NCBI GenBank assembly: GCA_965205425.1
Contig: CBDBGZ010000005.1
Coordinates: 96,001 to 160,000, forward strand
DNA: 64,000 bases
From: Nitrosopumilus sp.
GTDB taxonomy: Archaea > Thermoproteota > Nitrososphaeria > Nitrososphaerales > Nitrosopumilaceae
Direction of reading: 5' to 3'
Below the pieces are notes generated by a model. The model worked only from the letters and a program-made list of their open reading frames with translations, was not told the DNA's origin and searched no databases. Shown here piece by piece: positions 1 through 10,206 of the stretch. The first letter of the stretch is position 1; every line of letters starts with the position of its first letter. Both the position numbers and the translations under genes were made by a program.

Positions 1-146
1 AGAATCGTCAATGCAGCCTTTACAGTGGACTTTGGAAGCTTGTTTTCACAAGCAAGCATAGCTCGTTGTCCTGGCTCGAGATGATTATTTGCATTTCTTA
101 TTGTATCCATGCACAATAGTTGGGAGAACTGGTTTGGCATTACCAT
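1..146 (-). CDS. hypothetical protein, 5' part (runs off window)
   Basis: ATG at 146 opens MVMPNQFSQLLCMDTIRNANNHLEPGQRAMLACENKLPKSTVKAALTI..., no stop before the window edge. Confidence 0.55.
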   Translation of the reverse strand, partial: MVMPNQFSQLLCMDTIRNANNHLEPGQRAMLACENKLPKSTVKAALTI

Positions 147-251
147 ACAATAGGTGAAAATCGTACTTAAGAAATTCTACATTTTCCTATTTTTGAGAAA
201 AAATTTTTCTTTTAAATATGTGAAGTAAATCTAGGCATAAAAAGAGGGGAA

Positions 252-551
252 TTATCCCCGTCCAATTGCAGCGTATTTTCCTTTTTTGCCTCGAACGAAA
301 AGCATTGCAGCAATTCCTCCAAAGATTCCACCTGAGAGTATGGATGCACCAAGCACTCCATCTGCAGCAAAGTATGGAGTGCCAGAACCTTTAGCACCAT
401 CTTGGGTGGCAATTTCTACTTTGATTTTCGAGGTTTCCATTTCATCGTATAATCCATTATCTAGAACGTCATACTGTGCAAATGCTGGTTGTGAAAATGT
501 AACCATCAATGCCATTACAAACAGTCCTGAAAGGATTGTATATTTTTGCAT
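252..551 (-). CDS. small exported/membrane-anchored hypothetical protein
   Basis: Signal peptide (..QPAFA), C-terminal hydrophobic helix followed by basic tail. Confidence 0.75.
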   Translation of the reverse strand: MQKYTILSGLFVMALMVTFSQPAFAQYDVLDNGLYDEMETSKIKVEIATQDGAKGSGTPYFAADGVLGASILSGGIFGGIAAMLFVRGKKGKYAAIGRG

Positions 552-650
552 GAGAGTATAATTGTAAAAATAATATAAAAAAGAAGAATTGTTTTCTCAA
601 AGAAAATAATTCCTTGTTCTTGTTTTATAGAATAAAATATAATTTAGGGT

Positions 651-1751
651 ATGAATACAAAATATGTTACAATTACTATAATGTTAGTACTAGTATCATT
701 TATTGTTCCAGCACATGCAGTACAATTAGATGGCGTAATTCCAAAAAATTCTGAAGAGTTTTCACCAATTTTCACATTTACTAGAATTATATCAATTCAA
801 TATTCTGAAGATAGTAAGCTAGCAGAATTATTTGGAAAAACGCAACAAGAAATGTCATTTGACATCAACTCAGAAAATGCTGCAGTTTTAATTCAGAAAA
901 TAAACTCTCAATTACAAGAAAAATCATTTGTCACAGTTTCAGAGATATCGGGAGAATATTCTGTAACCATTACTCCACAGAAAAAATCAACATCAATAGA
1001 ATACAAGATAACATTACAACCAACCATGAAAGACCATTTCATTTCGGAATCAGTACTAGACGCACAGTGGAGGGGGTTCAAAATTTTAGATGAAATTCCA
1101 ATAGAGACTGAATTTGGCACATATGACATTAACTCACCAATCTCAGCATTTATGATACTTCCAGAGGTGTCTCAACATCTCTTAAACTCTGATGCAATAA
1201 AGACATTAAATTTGAAATTGATGGACACCACAGGACTATCAGACTTGCCATTATCCAAATGGGAATCAATGTTTGATCCTACCGCCAAGATGAGTGAAAC
1301 TGTAAAATTCGGATTCTCAGGCACAGTTGTGACAAACTATTCTATGGGAATATGTACAGTATACCTTGGATTTTGTCAAGACAGAGACATTACCGTACCA
1401 TTTGAGATAGATGATGAAGAGTACTCCATTCGCTCTATAGAATCCCAAGATGATGGAACCATAATCATTGAAGGGTATGTACAAGAAAGTTCTGGCAGAG
1501 TAGAATCATTTCTTGTAACAGAGAATGCCCCAGGGAAAGGAGATGAGAATGGTGCACAAGTTCCTGTACTGTATACTGTGTCAGGGGTAGGAGTAGCAAT
1601 TGCTGTAGGCTTTTTTGTCTGGAGTGACAAGAAAAGTAAGAAAACAGATACAGAGCAAACAGGGATTGACCCTAGTGATTTGTCTGCAATAGCCATCGGG
1701 AAATCTGCTGGAAGTTACCAAACAAACAGAGGCACTGCAGAACTCAGATGA
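651..1751 (+). CDS. exported protein with C-terminal membrane anchor
   Basis: 366 aa, signal peptide (..PAHA), TM helix VLYTVSGVGVAIAVGFFVW then KKSKK. Confidence 0.8.
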   Translation: MNTKYVTITIMLVLVSFIVPAHAVQLDGVIPKNSEEFSPIFTFTRIISIQYSEDSKLAELFGKTQQEMSFDINSENAAVLIQKINSQLQEKSFVTVSEISGEYSVTITPQKKSTSIEYKITLQPTMKDHFISESVLDAQWRGFKILDEIPIETEFGTYDINSPISAFMILPEVSQHLLNSDAIKTLNLKLMDTTGLSDLPLSKWESMFDPTAKMSETVKFGFSGTVVTNYSMGICTVYLGFCQDRDITVPFEIDDEEYSIRSIESQDDGTIIIEGYVQESSGRVESFLVTENAPGKGDENGAQVPVLYTVSGVGVAIAVGFFVWSDKKSKKTDTEQTGIDPSDLSAIAIGKSAGSYQTNRGTAELR

Positions 1752-1769
1752 TTCACTGATAAATCATCC

Positions 1770-2740
1770 GGCCTTGTAGAAACCATAATAAAATAACAAA
1801 ATCTAATTTTCTAATCCTGTAAGCATTGTATGCAATTAACCTGTACAACATCTAATTGTCCTGAGTTGTAGCATTTCTTGATGTGACATCTCCTGACATT
1901 ATCTGTTTGATCACAAAAAAGATTGTTTCAGATTTGTTTCTCTGATGGTACAATTGTACAGGAAAGTTCCTCTTCATCTCCTTTCTGTGAATTCCGCTGG
2001 TTCTGTAAATTGGAACTGTTCTATATCGAGTTGGAATTATTGCAGCTGTGTTGATCTGTTCTGCACCAACATGGTTATTCTCATCATCAAAACCCATGTC
2101 ACCTAACACAATATCAACTGGAACAATATTGTTGGTTTTGTACAACAATGGCAGAAAATCAGGATTATCATGTTGCATGTTGTGGTGTGTCATGACACAG
2201 CAAACAAGCTGTGTATTCATGTCAGCACAAACAACAACTTTTAGGAAATTCCTGCGTAACTGTACTCTTTTTGTATAATAGTATGATGCTGTACTGTAAC
2301 TGAATCCGCTACCATCAATTCCAGCTAGAACCAGTCTGACTTTTTTGTACAAAATGAATTCCTGCAACATTTTATGTAACAGATTTCCTTCCAGTCTTGC
2401 AGCTGCCTTTTGTAGTGTGGTGTAATGTGGAATGGTAGACAAACCAAGATATTCCTGAATTCCTACACATTCTTCTAAAAATTCTGTAAATCTTCTATAA
2501 CTCTTTGATTCGTACTGTCGTATTGCCAAGAGTATGAGATGTGTCCAAACAGAATAGATATGATTTGATTTTGGATGTAAGAACCTAGGAATTCTGCATC
2601 TGGTGATTATATTGAGTAGTGTTTTGCACATTTTGACGTATGATGAGACCATACTGTAATCTGCAAATACAATCCTAATGGATCTAAATTAGCTAAAATG
2701 TATCACAATTGGGTTAAAATCAGATGGTTTCTACAAGGCC
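1770..2740 (-). mobile_element. IS5-family (IS903-like) insertion sequence, copy 1, 971 bp
   Basis: 17-bp perfect terminal IRs GGCCTTGTAGAAACCAT; 9-bp target duplication AAATCATCC (1761-1769 and 2741-2749); near-identical to 21830-22799. Confidence 0.95.
1852..2652 (-). pseudogene. DDE transposase with premature stop
   Basis: DDE motifs IDGSG / GDMGFD / SETIF; TAG at 1852-1854 where copy 2 has GAG. Confidence 0.85.
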
Positions 2741-2800
2741 AAATCATCCATCGTGGTTAAATACAAATTTTGAAAGACAAATTGCCTAACACATGTGGAG

Positions 2801-2820
2801 TTTGATGAGTAATCATCAAA
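2801..2820. repeat. perfect inverted repeat TTTGATGA-gtaa-TCATCAAA
   Basis: 8-bp arms, 4-nt loop, downstream of the 2864-3277 gene; function unknown. Confidence 0.4.
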
Positions 2821-2863
2821 TTTCATGAATTATTCTAAAATAAAAAAAGAAAAATCAATCACA

Positions 2864-3277
2864 CTATTTTGTTTGTGTGAAAGGAGTTACCCAAGTTTGG
2901 ATAATGTTTTTGTTTAATTCAGCAAATGCATTAACGTTGTCGTTAAATGTTTTGAAATTTTGAACAGTTGCTTCAATGGCAGTTTTTACCATTTGATTAT
3001 TTACTGTACTTGCTTGAACAAATTGCTTGTTAGTATCAACAATTGCAGTTTTTGCAGAATCTGGAATTTCAGTATTGATTCCAGATTTTTTTGCAAATTC
3101 TTGTTGCATAGATACTGTAGCGTTAATTGTTTTTTGACAAGTTTTCATACATTCGTTTTGCAATTCTGTTGCAGATTGAAAATATTGTGGGGTTAGTTTT
3201 GAAATATTTTCAAAGTATTTCTGAACATTTTGCTTGTACATTGCAAATGCGTCGCTGTTTTGAGATTGTGTACTCAT
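2864..3277 (-). CDS. Q/N/T-rich amphipathic helical protein (phasin-like composition)
   Basis: 137-aa ORF with TATA-like element upstream; composition only. Confidence 0.7.
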   Translation of the reverse strand: MSTQSQNSDAFAMYKQNVQKYFENISKLTPQYFQSATELQNECMKTCQKTINATVSMQQEFAKKSGINTEIPDSAKTAIVDTNKQFVQASTVNNQMVKTAIEATVQNFKTFNDNVNAFAELNKNIIQTWVTPFTQTK

Positions 3278-3383
3278 AATATGATGGGCGCATTAGTGGT
3301 ATATAAGTATTGGTAATGAGTGGTAATGAATGTCATTTAATGGTGTATAATGAGTAATTTTGGTTATTTTAGGCATAGATTAT

Positions 3384-3458
3384 TGTTTGTTCAAATGAAC
3401 GAACATAATTTTTGTTTGTTCAAATGAACGAATGAGTGTTTGTTCAAATGAACGAACA
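3384..3458. repeat. three direct copies of near-palindrome TGTTTGTTCAAATGAACGAACA
   Basis: Copies at 3384-3405, 3413-3432 (first 20 nt) and 3437-3458, in a divergent intergenic region. Confidence 0.9.
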
Positions 3459-3511
3459 TTACAATAATCAAATCAGGATATCTTTAAGTTCATAATTCAT
3501 ATAAAAAATCC

Positions 3512-3775
3512 ATGACAGATTATGATGAAGCAGGGCGACTCATTATTTCCAGAGCTAAACAGATAGATGCAATTCCTGAAACATGTTATAATTGCAATAG
3601 TGATGATCTTCAAATGATCATGACTCATGTTGATGGAGGTAGTTGGATATGCTTGGCATGTAATAGTTTAAACTCATATGAACCATCTATGAAATTAACA
3701 AAAAACATGCCTTTCTCCATGTTAAATTTAGGAAAAGATGAAATTGTATTTGTTCCTGAATGGGATTTTGAATAA
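3512..3775 (+). CDS. small zinc-ribbon protein
   Basis: CYNC...CLAC pair. Confidence 0.75.
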   Translation: MTDYDEAGRLIISRAKQIDAIPETCYNCNSDDLQMIMTHVDGGSWICLACNSLNSYEPSMKLTKNMPFSMLNLGKDEIVFVPEWDFE

Positions 3776-3784
3776 CTAAAAAAA

Positions 3785-5977
3785 TTATGCTTTATCGATA
3801 AAATCATTAACATCTGGTGGTTCTGGTGCCAATCCCTTTCGCTTTCTAATGTCAGCTACTGCAGGACCTAACATAGATTTTGGAACTTCAGTCCATTCCT
3901 TAAATGAGGTATTCCATGTTGCACGGCCGGCAGTTTGGCCTCTCATTGCTTCAGATAGTGTAAATGTCTCAGAAGCTGGAATCTCACCAACAACAATACT
4001 TGATGCACCTTTTTGTGACATGTCAAGTACTTTGCCTCGTTTACCTGAAAGTATAGTTGCAACATTTCCAACCAAATCAGTGGGTACACGAACTTCAATT
4101 GCTAGAGTTGGCTCTAACACGGCAGTACCTGCTGTGAGCAAAGCACCCATACATGCACGTCTTGATGCAGGTCCTAATTGAGACAAACCTCTGTGTGCTG
4201 TATCCTCATGAGGAACAAAGTGAGTAAAGATGAATTTACAATCCCTCATCTGTTCTTTACAGAGAGGACCCTCTTTCATTACTTCTTCAAATCCTGAATT
4301 AATAGAATCAGTTGATTCTTGTACAAATTGAACACCTTTTGTTCCATTAATCAAAACATTACCACGTGAATCAAATTTCATTACTCTTTTGATTGTATCA
4401 GTATCCCATCCATTCTCTTTTAGTAAATCAGAAACTACTTTCTTGTCTTTGATATCAGAGATCTCCCCAGTTCTTAACATGTGTGCAATTTCAGGTTCCA
4501 ATGGCTCTACTTTCATGAAAATTTTATTGTGTCTGTTTGGTGATTTTGACATGATTGGTTCACATCCACCCTTTACAGTTTCTCTGTAGTTAATCAAAGG
4601 TTCAGATGTTACAATCTCACATTTTGCATCTTGGATTCTGTGTGTTGCAACATCTAAGTGTAATACACCCATTCCTGCAACAATTGTCTCACCAGATTCC
4701 TCATCAATTTTTACAACAAGATTTGGATCCTCAATGGTTAGTTGTTTTAAAATATCTACTAATTTAGGTAAATCTTTAGGATGTTTTGGTTCAATTGCAA
4801 TTTGAACAACTGGTTCTGAAACATATTTGACTCCTTCAAACATAGGGATTCCTTTGATTGAAGATAAGGTGTTTCCAGCTCTACATTCAGTTAATCCCAA
4901 TAATGCCGGAATGTTTCCTGCACCTAGTTCACCAACTTGTTCTCTTTGGTTACCCATAAAGAAATTGACTGATTGAACACGTCCTTCTCTTTTTTCATCT
5001 ATAATGTGTAAAGTTTGACCGTCTTTGATAGTACCTGAAAATAGTCTTCCAATTGCAACAGGTCCTGCTGCAGGATCTAAAACCATGTTTACAACCATCA
5101 TAATTGTTGGACCATCATCATCTCCTGCTAGTAATGCTTTACCAACGTCAGAGTCTAAATCACCTTTCCAAATTTGTGGAATTCTATACTTGATTGCATC
5201 ATGTGGTGCTGGATGATGTTTTACTACCATTCCAAGTACTGCATCAGCTAGTGGTGCTTTTTCAATTAGTGCTTCAAGTTTTTCATCATTATATGCATCA
5301 ATTACATCTTTGAATGTTATTCCTCGCTCTTTCATTAAATCAGTGTTAATTGCCCATCTATCTTTTGCTGAACCAAATGTTACACTAGCATCTTGAATAG
5401 AAACTTTCCATTTCTCTTTGTATTCAGGTTCTGCATATGTGTCAACTAGTGTATTGAAATTTGCAACCACTTCGGCTAATTGGGCTTGCATTTTTTCTGG
5501 AGTTAATCTTAGTTCTTTGATGAGTCTGTCTACTTTGTTGATAAACAAAACAGGTTTTACTCTTTCTTCAAGAGCCATTCTAGTTACAGTTTCAGTTTGT
5601 GTCATGATGCCTTCTACTGCATCACAAACTACTACTGCACCATCAATTGCTCTTAATGAACGAATTACTCTTCCACTGAAATCTACGTGGCCCGGGGTAT
5701 CAATCATGTTAATTACGTATTCTTGATCTTTTTGGGCAAAGAGCAAGGTAACGTTTGCTTGGTAAATTGTAATTCCTCTTTCCTGCTCTTCTTTATCAAA
5801 GTCCATCGCAAGGGCTTTTCCAGCAGCTGAAGGGGCAATAATTCCAGAATTTGCCAAAAGGCTGTCAGACATTGTTGTCTTTCCATGATCTACGTGAGCA
5901 ATGACACCAAAGTTACGAATGTTGTCTTTGTTCTTGATAATTTTCATTACCTCTGAAGTAGACTTGAATTTTGCCAT
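3785..5977 (-). CDS. fusA: translation elongation factor aEF-2
   Basis: G1 AHVDHGKT, RGITI, DTPGH, NKVD; diphthamide loop HEDTAHRG. Confidence 0.99.
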   Translation of the reverse strand: MAKFKSTSEVMKIIKNKDNIRNFGVIAHVDHGKTTMSDSLLANSGIIAPSAAGKALAMDFDKEEQERGITIYQANVTLLFAQKDQEYVINMIDTPGHVDFSGRVIRSLRAIDGAVVVCDAVEGIMTQTETVTRMALEERVKPVLFINKVDRLIKELRLTPEKMQAQLAEVVANFNTLVDTYAEPEYKEKWKVSIQDASVTFGSAKDRWAINTDLMKERGITFKDVIDAYNDEKLEALIEKAPLADAVLGMVVKHHPAPHDAIKYRIPQIWKGDLDSDVGKALLAGDDDGPTIMMVVNMVLDPAAGPVAIGRLFSGTIKDGQTLHIIDEKREGRVQSVNFFMGNQREQVGELGAGNIPALLGLTECRAGNTLSSIKGIPMFEGVKYVSEPVVQIAIEPKHPKDLPKLVDILKQLTIEDPNLVVKIDEESGETIVAGMGVLHLDVATHRIQDAKCEIVTSEPLINYRETVKGGCEPIMSKSPNRHNKIFMKVEPLEPEIAHMLRTGEISDIKDKKVVSDLLKENGWDTDTIKRVMKFDSRGNVLINGTKGVQFVQESTDSINSGFEEVMKEGPLCKEQMRDCKFIFTHFVPHEDTAHRGLSQLGPASRRACMGALLTAGTAVLEPTLAIEVRVPTDLVGNVATILSGKRGKVLDMSQKGASSIVVGEIPASETFTLSEAMRGQTAGRATWNTSFKEWTEVPKSMLGPAVADIRKRKGLAPEPPDVNDFIDKA

Positions 5978-6025
5978 ATTCGCAAAACTTTGGATTCAGG
6001 TATTAAACCTTAGTTTTTGAAAAGA

Positions 6026-6927
6026 TCAGTAGATCATACGGTTAGAAACGCCACGAATCTTTTTTGCTGTCACAAAATGGCATTCTTTCTTGTGAGCCCT
6101 TTTAGCCTCATTTAGAGAAATTAGTTGTGAAAAAAAGATGCAATAGATCACCTGAGCTAGTTTTTCTTTTGGCACATCAGGATGAATCACATTAATTCCA
6201 ATATTTTTGAGGTTTTTCCCAGTTGTTTTGTGTGGGGATTTTTCTCTTCAAAAATAATTACAGTGTCTCCTTTTTTTACTGAAAACAACTCCATGTGAGA
6301 AAACTGTTCAATTCTTGAATAGTGTACATCATACCCTAAAATTTCATAAAACTTTGCAGCACAATACATCGCAATTGGAAATGTATACAAATTTCCTAGA
6401 ACAAAAATTCTCTTTGAGAGTTTTGCTTTTTTTGCAGAGGTTGCAGCTTTTACAAATAGTGAGATATTTGGAATTTTGATATTTTTTACTAACGAAATAC
6501 AAGTTAATGCACTTTCTAAAAATGAAATACTACCGGCAGTAAAAACACCAGAATTTTGGGAATTTAGAAAAATTATCCCATCTGATGCTTTTGCCAATCG
6601 ACTTTGAGGCTGAGAAGTTATAGCAACTGCTTTTTTTACAATCTTTGCCATCTTGATGTTAGTTATGGTGTTTCCTGAAATTGATACAAAATAGATTTGT
6701 TTTAATTTTGCAAAAGATTTGTTTTGATACAAGTCTAGTGGATCCATAGCCTTGACCAAACCGTCTGAAAAGGACTCTGCAAGTAATGAGGAAACCAAGG
6801 AATCTCCACTACCTGAAAAAAGGATATTTTTTTGACTAGATGTAGATAATGCTTTTTGTTTTTTGAAAGATTTTAGAAAATCTAGTTGTAATTTTATATC
6901 ATTTTCATAAGCTTCAATAGAATTCAT
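6026..6927 (-). pseudogene. SIS-domain sugar isomerase, frameshifted near the C-terminus
   Basis: GSGDS and SISGNT SIS motifs; probable start MNSIEAY at 6927; frame breaks at the A5 run (6213-6217) and the -1 frame continues GKNLKNIGINVIHPDV...SNRMIY* to 6026. Confidence 0.75.
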
Positions 6928-7006
6928 GATAGAAATTAATTTTTGACATAGAAAAACTATTCCTAGCAGGTTTTGGTATTTATTACCAGAATCAAGGAAG
7001 ACAGAT

Positions 7007-7834
7007 ATGGAAATTTCTGTCGGACACACCCCAGATTCAGATGATGCATTCATGTTTTACGGAATGTTTACAGACAAAGTCCCATCCCCAGATTTTAAGG
7101 TAAATCATGTAATTGAGGATATTGAGAAATTAAATCGTAAAGCAACTGATCCAGAGCTTGATGTTACTGCAGTTTCAGTACATGCATGTGCATTCATTCC
7201 AGGATATACAATCTTGAGAAGTGGTGGAAGTTTTGGAATTAACTATGGTCCGATTGTAACTGCCAAAAAAATGATGACCATAGATGAGATTAAAAAATGT
7301 AAAATTGCAATTCCAGGAAAAATGACATCAGCATTTTTGTTACTCCAATTAATGATTGGAAAGTTTGATTATGTTGAGATGAATTTCAGTGACATTCCAG
7401 AAGCTGTCAAATCAGGTAAAGTTGATGTAGGATTAGTGATTCACGAAACTCAATTATCGTATGAACAAGAAGGCAATGTCAAAATTTTAGATGTGGGAGA
7501 ATGGTGGGATAAAACTACAAACGGACTACCAGTACCTCTAGGAATCAATGTCATGAGAACAGACCTAGGCATGGATACAATAGTAAAGTTTGACAAATAT
7601 CTACAAAAATCAATCGAATTTGGAATTGAACATTTTGATGATGCCATTGAATATGCAATGCAATATTCCAGAGGCAAAGAGAGAAGTCTTATTGAGAAAT
7701 TTGTAAAAATGTATGTAAACAAGGTTACTGTAAACATGGGAGACCCAGGTGAGGAATCAATTAGACGAATGTTTGCAATGGCAAAAGAGAAAGGATTAGT
7801 TCCAAACTTTGAAATCAGTATTGCCAACAAGTAG
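7007..7834 (+). CDS. mqnD: MqnD-family 1,4-dihydroxy-6-naphthoate synthase (futalosine pathway)
   Basis: GHTPDSDDAFMF, IHE, WW..T.GLPVPLG motifs. Confidence 0.85.
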   Translation: MEISVGHTPDSDDAFMFYGMFTDKVPSPDFKVNHVIEDIEKLNRKATDPELDVTAVSVHACAFIPGYTILRSGGSFGINYGPIVTAKKMMTIDEIKKCKIAIPGKMTSAFLLLQLMIGKFDYVEMNFSDIPEAVKSGKVDVGLVIHETQLSYEQEGNVKILDVGEWWDKTTNGLPVPLGINVMRTDLGMDTIVKFDKYLQKSIEFGIEHFDDAIEYAMQYSRGKERSLIEKFVKMYVNKVTVNMGDPGEESIRRMFAMAKEKGLVPNFEISIANK

Positions 7835-7860
7835 TTATAGAACAGAAAAAAATTAACATT

Positions 7861-8151
7861 ATGGGAGATGGAATCGGTGGTGCAGTACTTTCAATTCTTA
7901 CAAATAATGCTTTTGAAATGCTAATTAGCCATACAAGAAAAGACAATCAAGAGCAATATGGTAAAGTAGAAAAAATCATAATGAGTAAAATAGATGATCC
8001 TGAACAACCACAATACGAAGAAAAAACTAAAGAAGATTTAGAGCGAGCACTCAAGGGGAAATTTGTTTCATGTAATGTACAATACAGAGATGAAAAAACA
8101 GATGCACTGGTTTGCAACGTTTTTGTTCAAAGACCACCTGAAGGATTTTAG
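7861..8151 (+). CDS. hypothetical protein
   Basis: 96-aa ORF co-oriented with mqnD. Confidence 0.75.
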   Translation: MGDGIGGAVLSILTNNAFEMLISHTRKDNQEQYGKVEKIIMSKIDDPEQPQYEEKTKEDLERALKGKFVSCNVQYRDEKTDALVCNVFVQRPPEGF

Positions 8152-8198
8152 AAATTACAAAATACCTAATATATGGTAAAAGTCAATTAGTAATAGAT

Positions 8199-8474
8199 AT
8201 GGTTCTTATCGATAAACGAATTCTCTCAGGAGGAATAGCAATGATCATTGCAGGAATCATAGTCACCATAGCATCGGCTGAACAACCAATAGGAGAATCG
8301 GGAATGAGTGAAGAAGAGGTTATCGATTTACTGATAGCTGAAGACCAAAACCAAGCTTATCAGATGTTGTCAGGTATTCTAGTAGGTATTGGATTTTTAC
8401 TAGTTTTGATTAGTTTTGGTGCAAGAAGGAAAAAAGACAGTGTAACAAGAAAAGAGAAGAAACCGGCTGAATGA
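8199..8474 (+). CDS. two-TM membrane protein
   Basis: Two hydrophobic helices, basic tail. Confidence 0.75.
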   Translation: MVLIDKRILSGGIAMIIAGIIVTIASAEQPIGESGMSEEEVIDLLIAEDQNQAYQMLSGILVGIGFLLVLISFGARRKKDSVTRKEKKPAE

Positions 8475-8486
8475 TTTTAAAATAAA

Positions 8487-8615
8487 TTACTTATACAAAT
8501 CAAACTTTTTCTTACAAGTTCCACAAAATCGTTGCTTTGTTTTCTTACTTTCTGTGCCTAAATCAGAACCACATCGGTCACATTTCTTTTTAATCAAGGT
8601 TCTGTTCCAATTCAA
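8487..8615 (-). CDS. small basic zinc-ribbon protein (start uncertain)
   Basis: CDRC...CGTC; candidate TTG start at 8615. Confidence 0.5.
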   Translation of the reverse strand: MNWNRTLIKKKCDRCGSDLGTESKKTKQRFCGTCKKKFDLYK

Positions 8616-8732
8616 ATTTACCCATATTTTCCCATCTTTGAATGTTGGTTTTACTATGAGGGTATTAGAATAATTCAGATTACACAAAAATGAAGAAGAT
8701 ATTATTAAGTAAAAATTAGCAAATGAGACATC

Positions 8733-9038
8733 TTGATTCAAGCAGAAATCAGCATATATCCAATGGCAACTAAAACGACTAGTGTTAGTTTTTACATTGC
8801 AAAAGCAATTGAATCAATCCAAAAAATAGAAAATCTCAGATATAAAATCAACCCAATGGGGACAATTCTAGAATCAGATAATATGGATGTAATAAACACC
8901 GCAACAAAACAAATGATGGAGACAGTTCACAATCTAGGAATAGCAAGAGTTGAGGTAATAATCAAAATAGATTCAAGACGAGACAAACATGTCAAAATGG
9001 AAGAAAAACTAGATTCAATTAAAAAACAGATGAGTTAG
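8733..9038 (+). CDS. MTH1187/thiamine-binding family protein
   Basis: AEISIYP, PMGTILE, IKIDSRRDK..MEEK pattern. Confidence 0.85.
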   Translation: MIQAEISIYPMATKTTSVSFYIAKAIESIQKIENLRYKINPMGTILESDNMDVINTATKQMMETVHNLGIARVEVIIKIDSRRDKHVKMEEKLDSIKKQMS

Positions 9039-10153
9039 AATTTTTTCAAAATATCAAAGTGAGTATTTCTTTGTGCAGGATTTCTACCAACCTCTTTTAC
9101 CATTGTTGCTAATTCATCAACTGATGAAGAGGTTGCTTTTCCTGCAGCTTTGTAAATTTCTTCAGAGAAGGCAGTTCCAACTAAATCATTGCCCCCATTA
9201 GATAATGCAACTTGAGCTAATTTTTTGCCATATGCAACCCAATATACCGAGATGTTGTTAAGAACATTGGCAAGCATCAATCTAGACAGTGCTACAATTC
9301 TCAAATCATAAACGGATGAACATTCATTATTTACCAAATGCTGTTGTTCCAATTCAGTATTATCCAAACTAAATTTCAAAGGAATTAAAGTAAGAAAACC
9401 ATTTGTCTTCTTTTGTAATTCTCGGATTTTGATTAAATGATCAACAATATGTTCAGGTTTTTCAATATGTCCATAAAGCATAGTCACATTACTTTTGATA
9501 TCCATATTGTGAGCCTCTTCAATTACATCAAGCCATTGTTGTCCAGTACATTTTCCACGAACTATTTTTCCTCTAATGTCAGGATGGAATAATTCTGCAC
9601 CTCCACCTGGCATTGAATCAAGTCCTGCATCTTTTAGACGAGATAAGATTTCCTTTGTAGAATTTTTAGTTAATTTTGAGAGATAATAAATTTCAGCTGC
9701 AGTTAATGCTTTGATGTTAAGTTGAGGATGACTTTTTTTGATTGCTTTCATCATATCCTCATAATATTCTAGTGGAAGTTTTGGATGAAAACCTCCAACA
9801 ATGTGAACCTCAGTTGCACCCATCTGTTTTGCAATTCCAACTCGTTGTTCGATTTCTTGAGGAGTTAACGTATATGCATCATCTGCACCGTCTTTACGAT
9901 AAAATGCACACATTTGGCAACTAGCGGCACAGACATTAGTATAGTTCATGTAATATGAGGCAGCAAAAGTTACAGTGTCATTTACTAATTTTTTTCTTGA
10001 ATTATCAGCTACTGCGCCAAGTAAATGTAAATTATCATAATTCATCAATTCTAGACCATCCTTGTAAGAAAGTTCTTCTCCAGCCAAAGCACGATCTAAT
10101 GCTTGAGAATCCCCTACTAGTTGTTCGAGCATATTGGTTCGTTTTCCCATCAA
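9035..10153 (-). CDS. radical SAM protein, CofH/MqnE family (probable aminofutalosine synthase)
   Basis: NYTNVCAASCQMCAF CxxxCxxC, SMPGGGAE, TMLYGHIE; near mqnD. Confidence 0.85.
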   Translation of the reverse strand: MMGKRTNMLEQLVGDSQALDRALAGEELSYKDGLELMNYDNLHLLGAVADNSRKKLVNDTVTFAASYYMNYTNVCAASCQMCAFYRKDGADDAYTLTPQEIEQRVGIAKQMGATEVHIVGGFHPKLPLEYYEDMMKAIKKSHPQLNIKALTAAEIYYLSKLTKNSTKEILSRLKDAGLDSMPGGGAELFHPDIRGKIVRGKCTGQQWLDVIEEAHNMDIKSNVTMLYGHIEKPEHIVDHLIKIRELQKKTNGFLTLIPLKFSLDNTELEQQHLVNNECSSVYDLRIVALSRLMLANVLNNISVYWVAYGKKLAQVALSNGGNDLVGTAFSEEIYKAAGKATSSSVDELATMVKEVGRNPAQRNTHFDILKKF

Positions 10154-10206
10154 GATATATTCTTTATACTCTCAAGAAATAAGTAGCCAGCCATGTAATT
10201 ACTAGC

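Noticed and set aside
3384..3458. Mini CRISPR array
   Set aside because: Gaps between repeats are under 10 nt; no cas genes in the window
3700..3900. Casposon at the aEF-2 3' end (a reported target in Nitrosopumilus)
   Set aside because: No Cas1/PolB genes, TIRs or duplicated aEF-2 3' sequence seen; the site appears empty
6928..7053. N-terminal extension of the SIS ORF
   Set aside because: Overlaps the mqnD start on the opposite strand; MNSIEAY at 6927 is the better start
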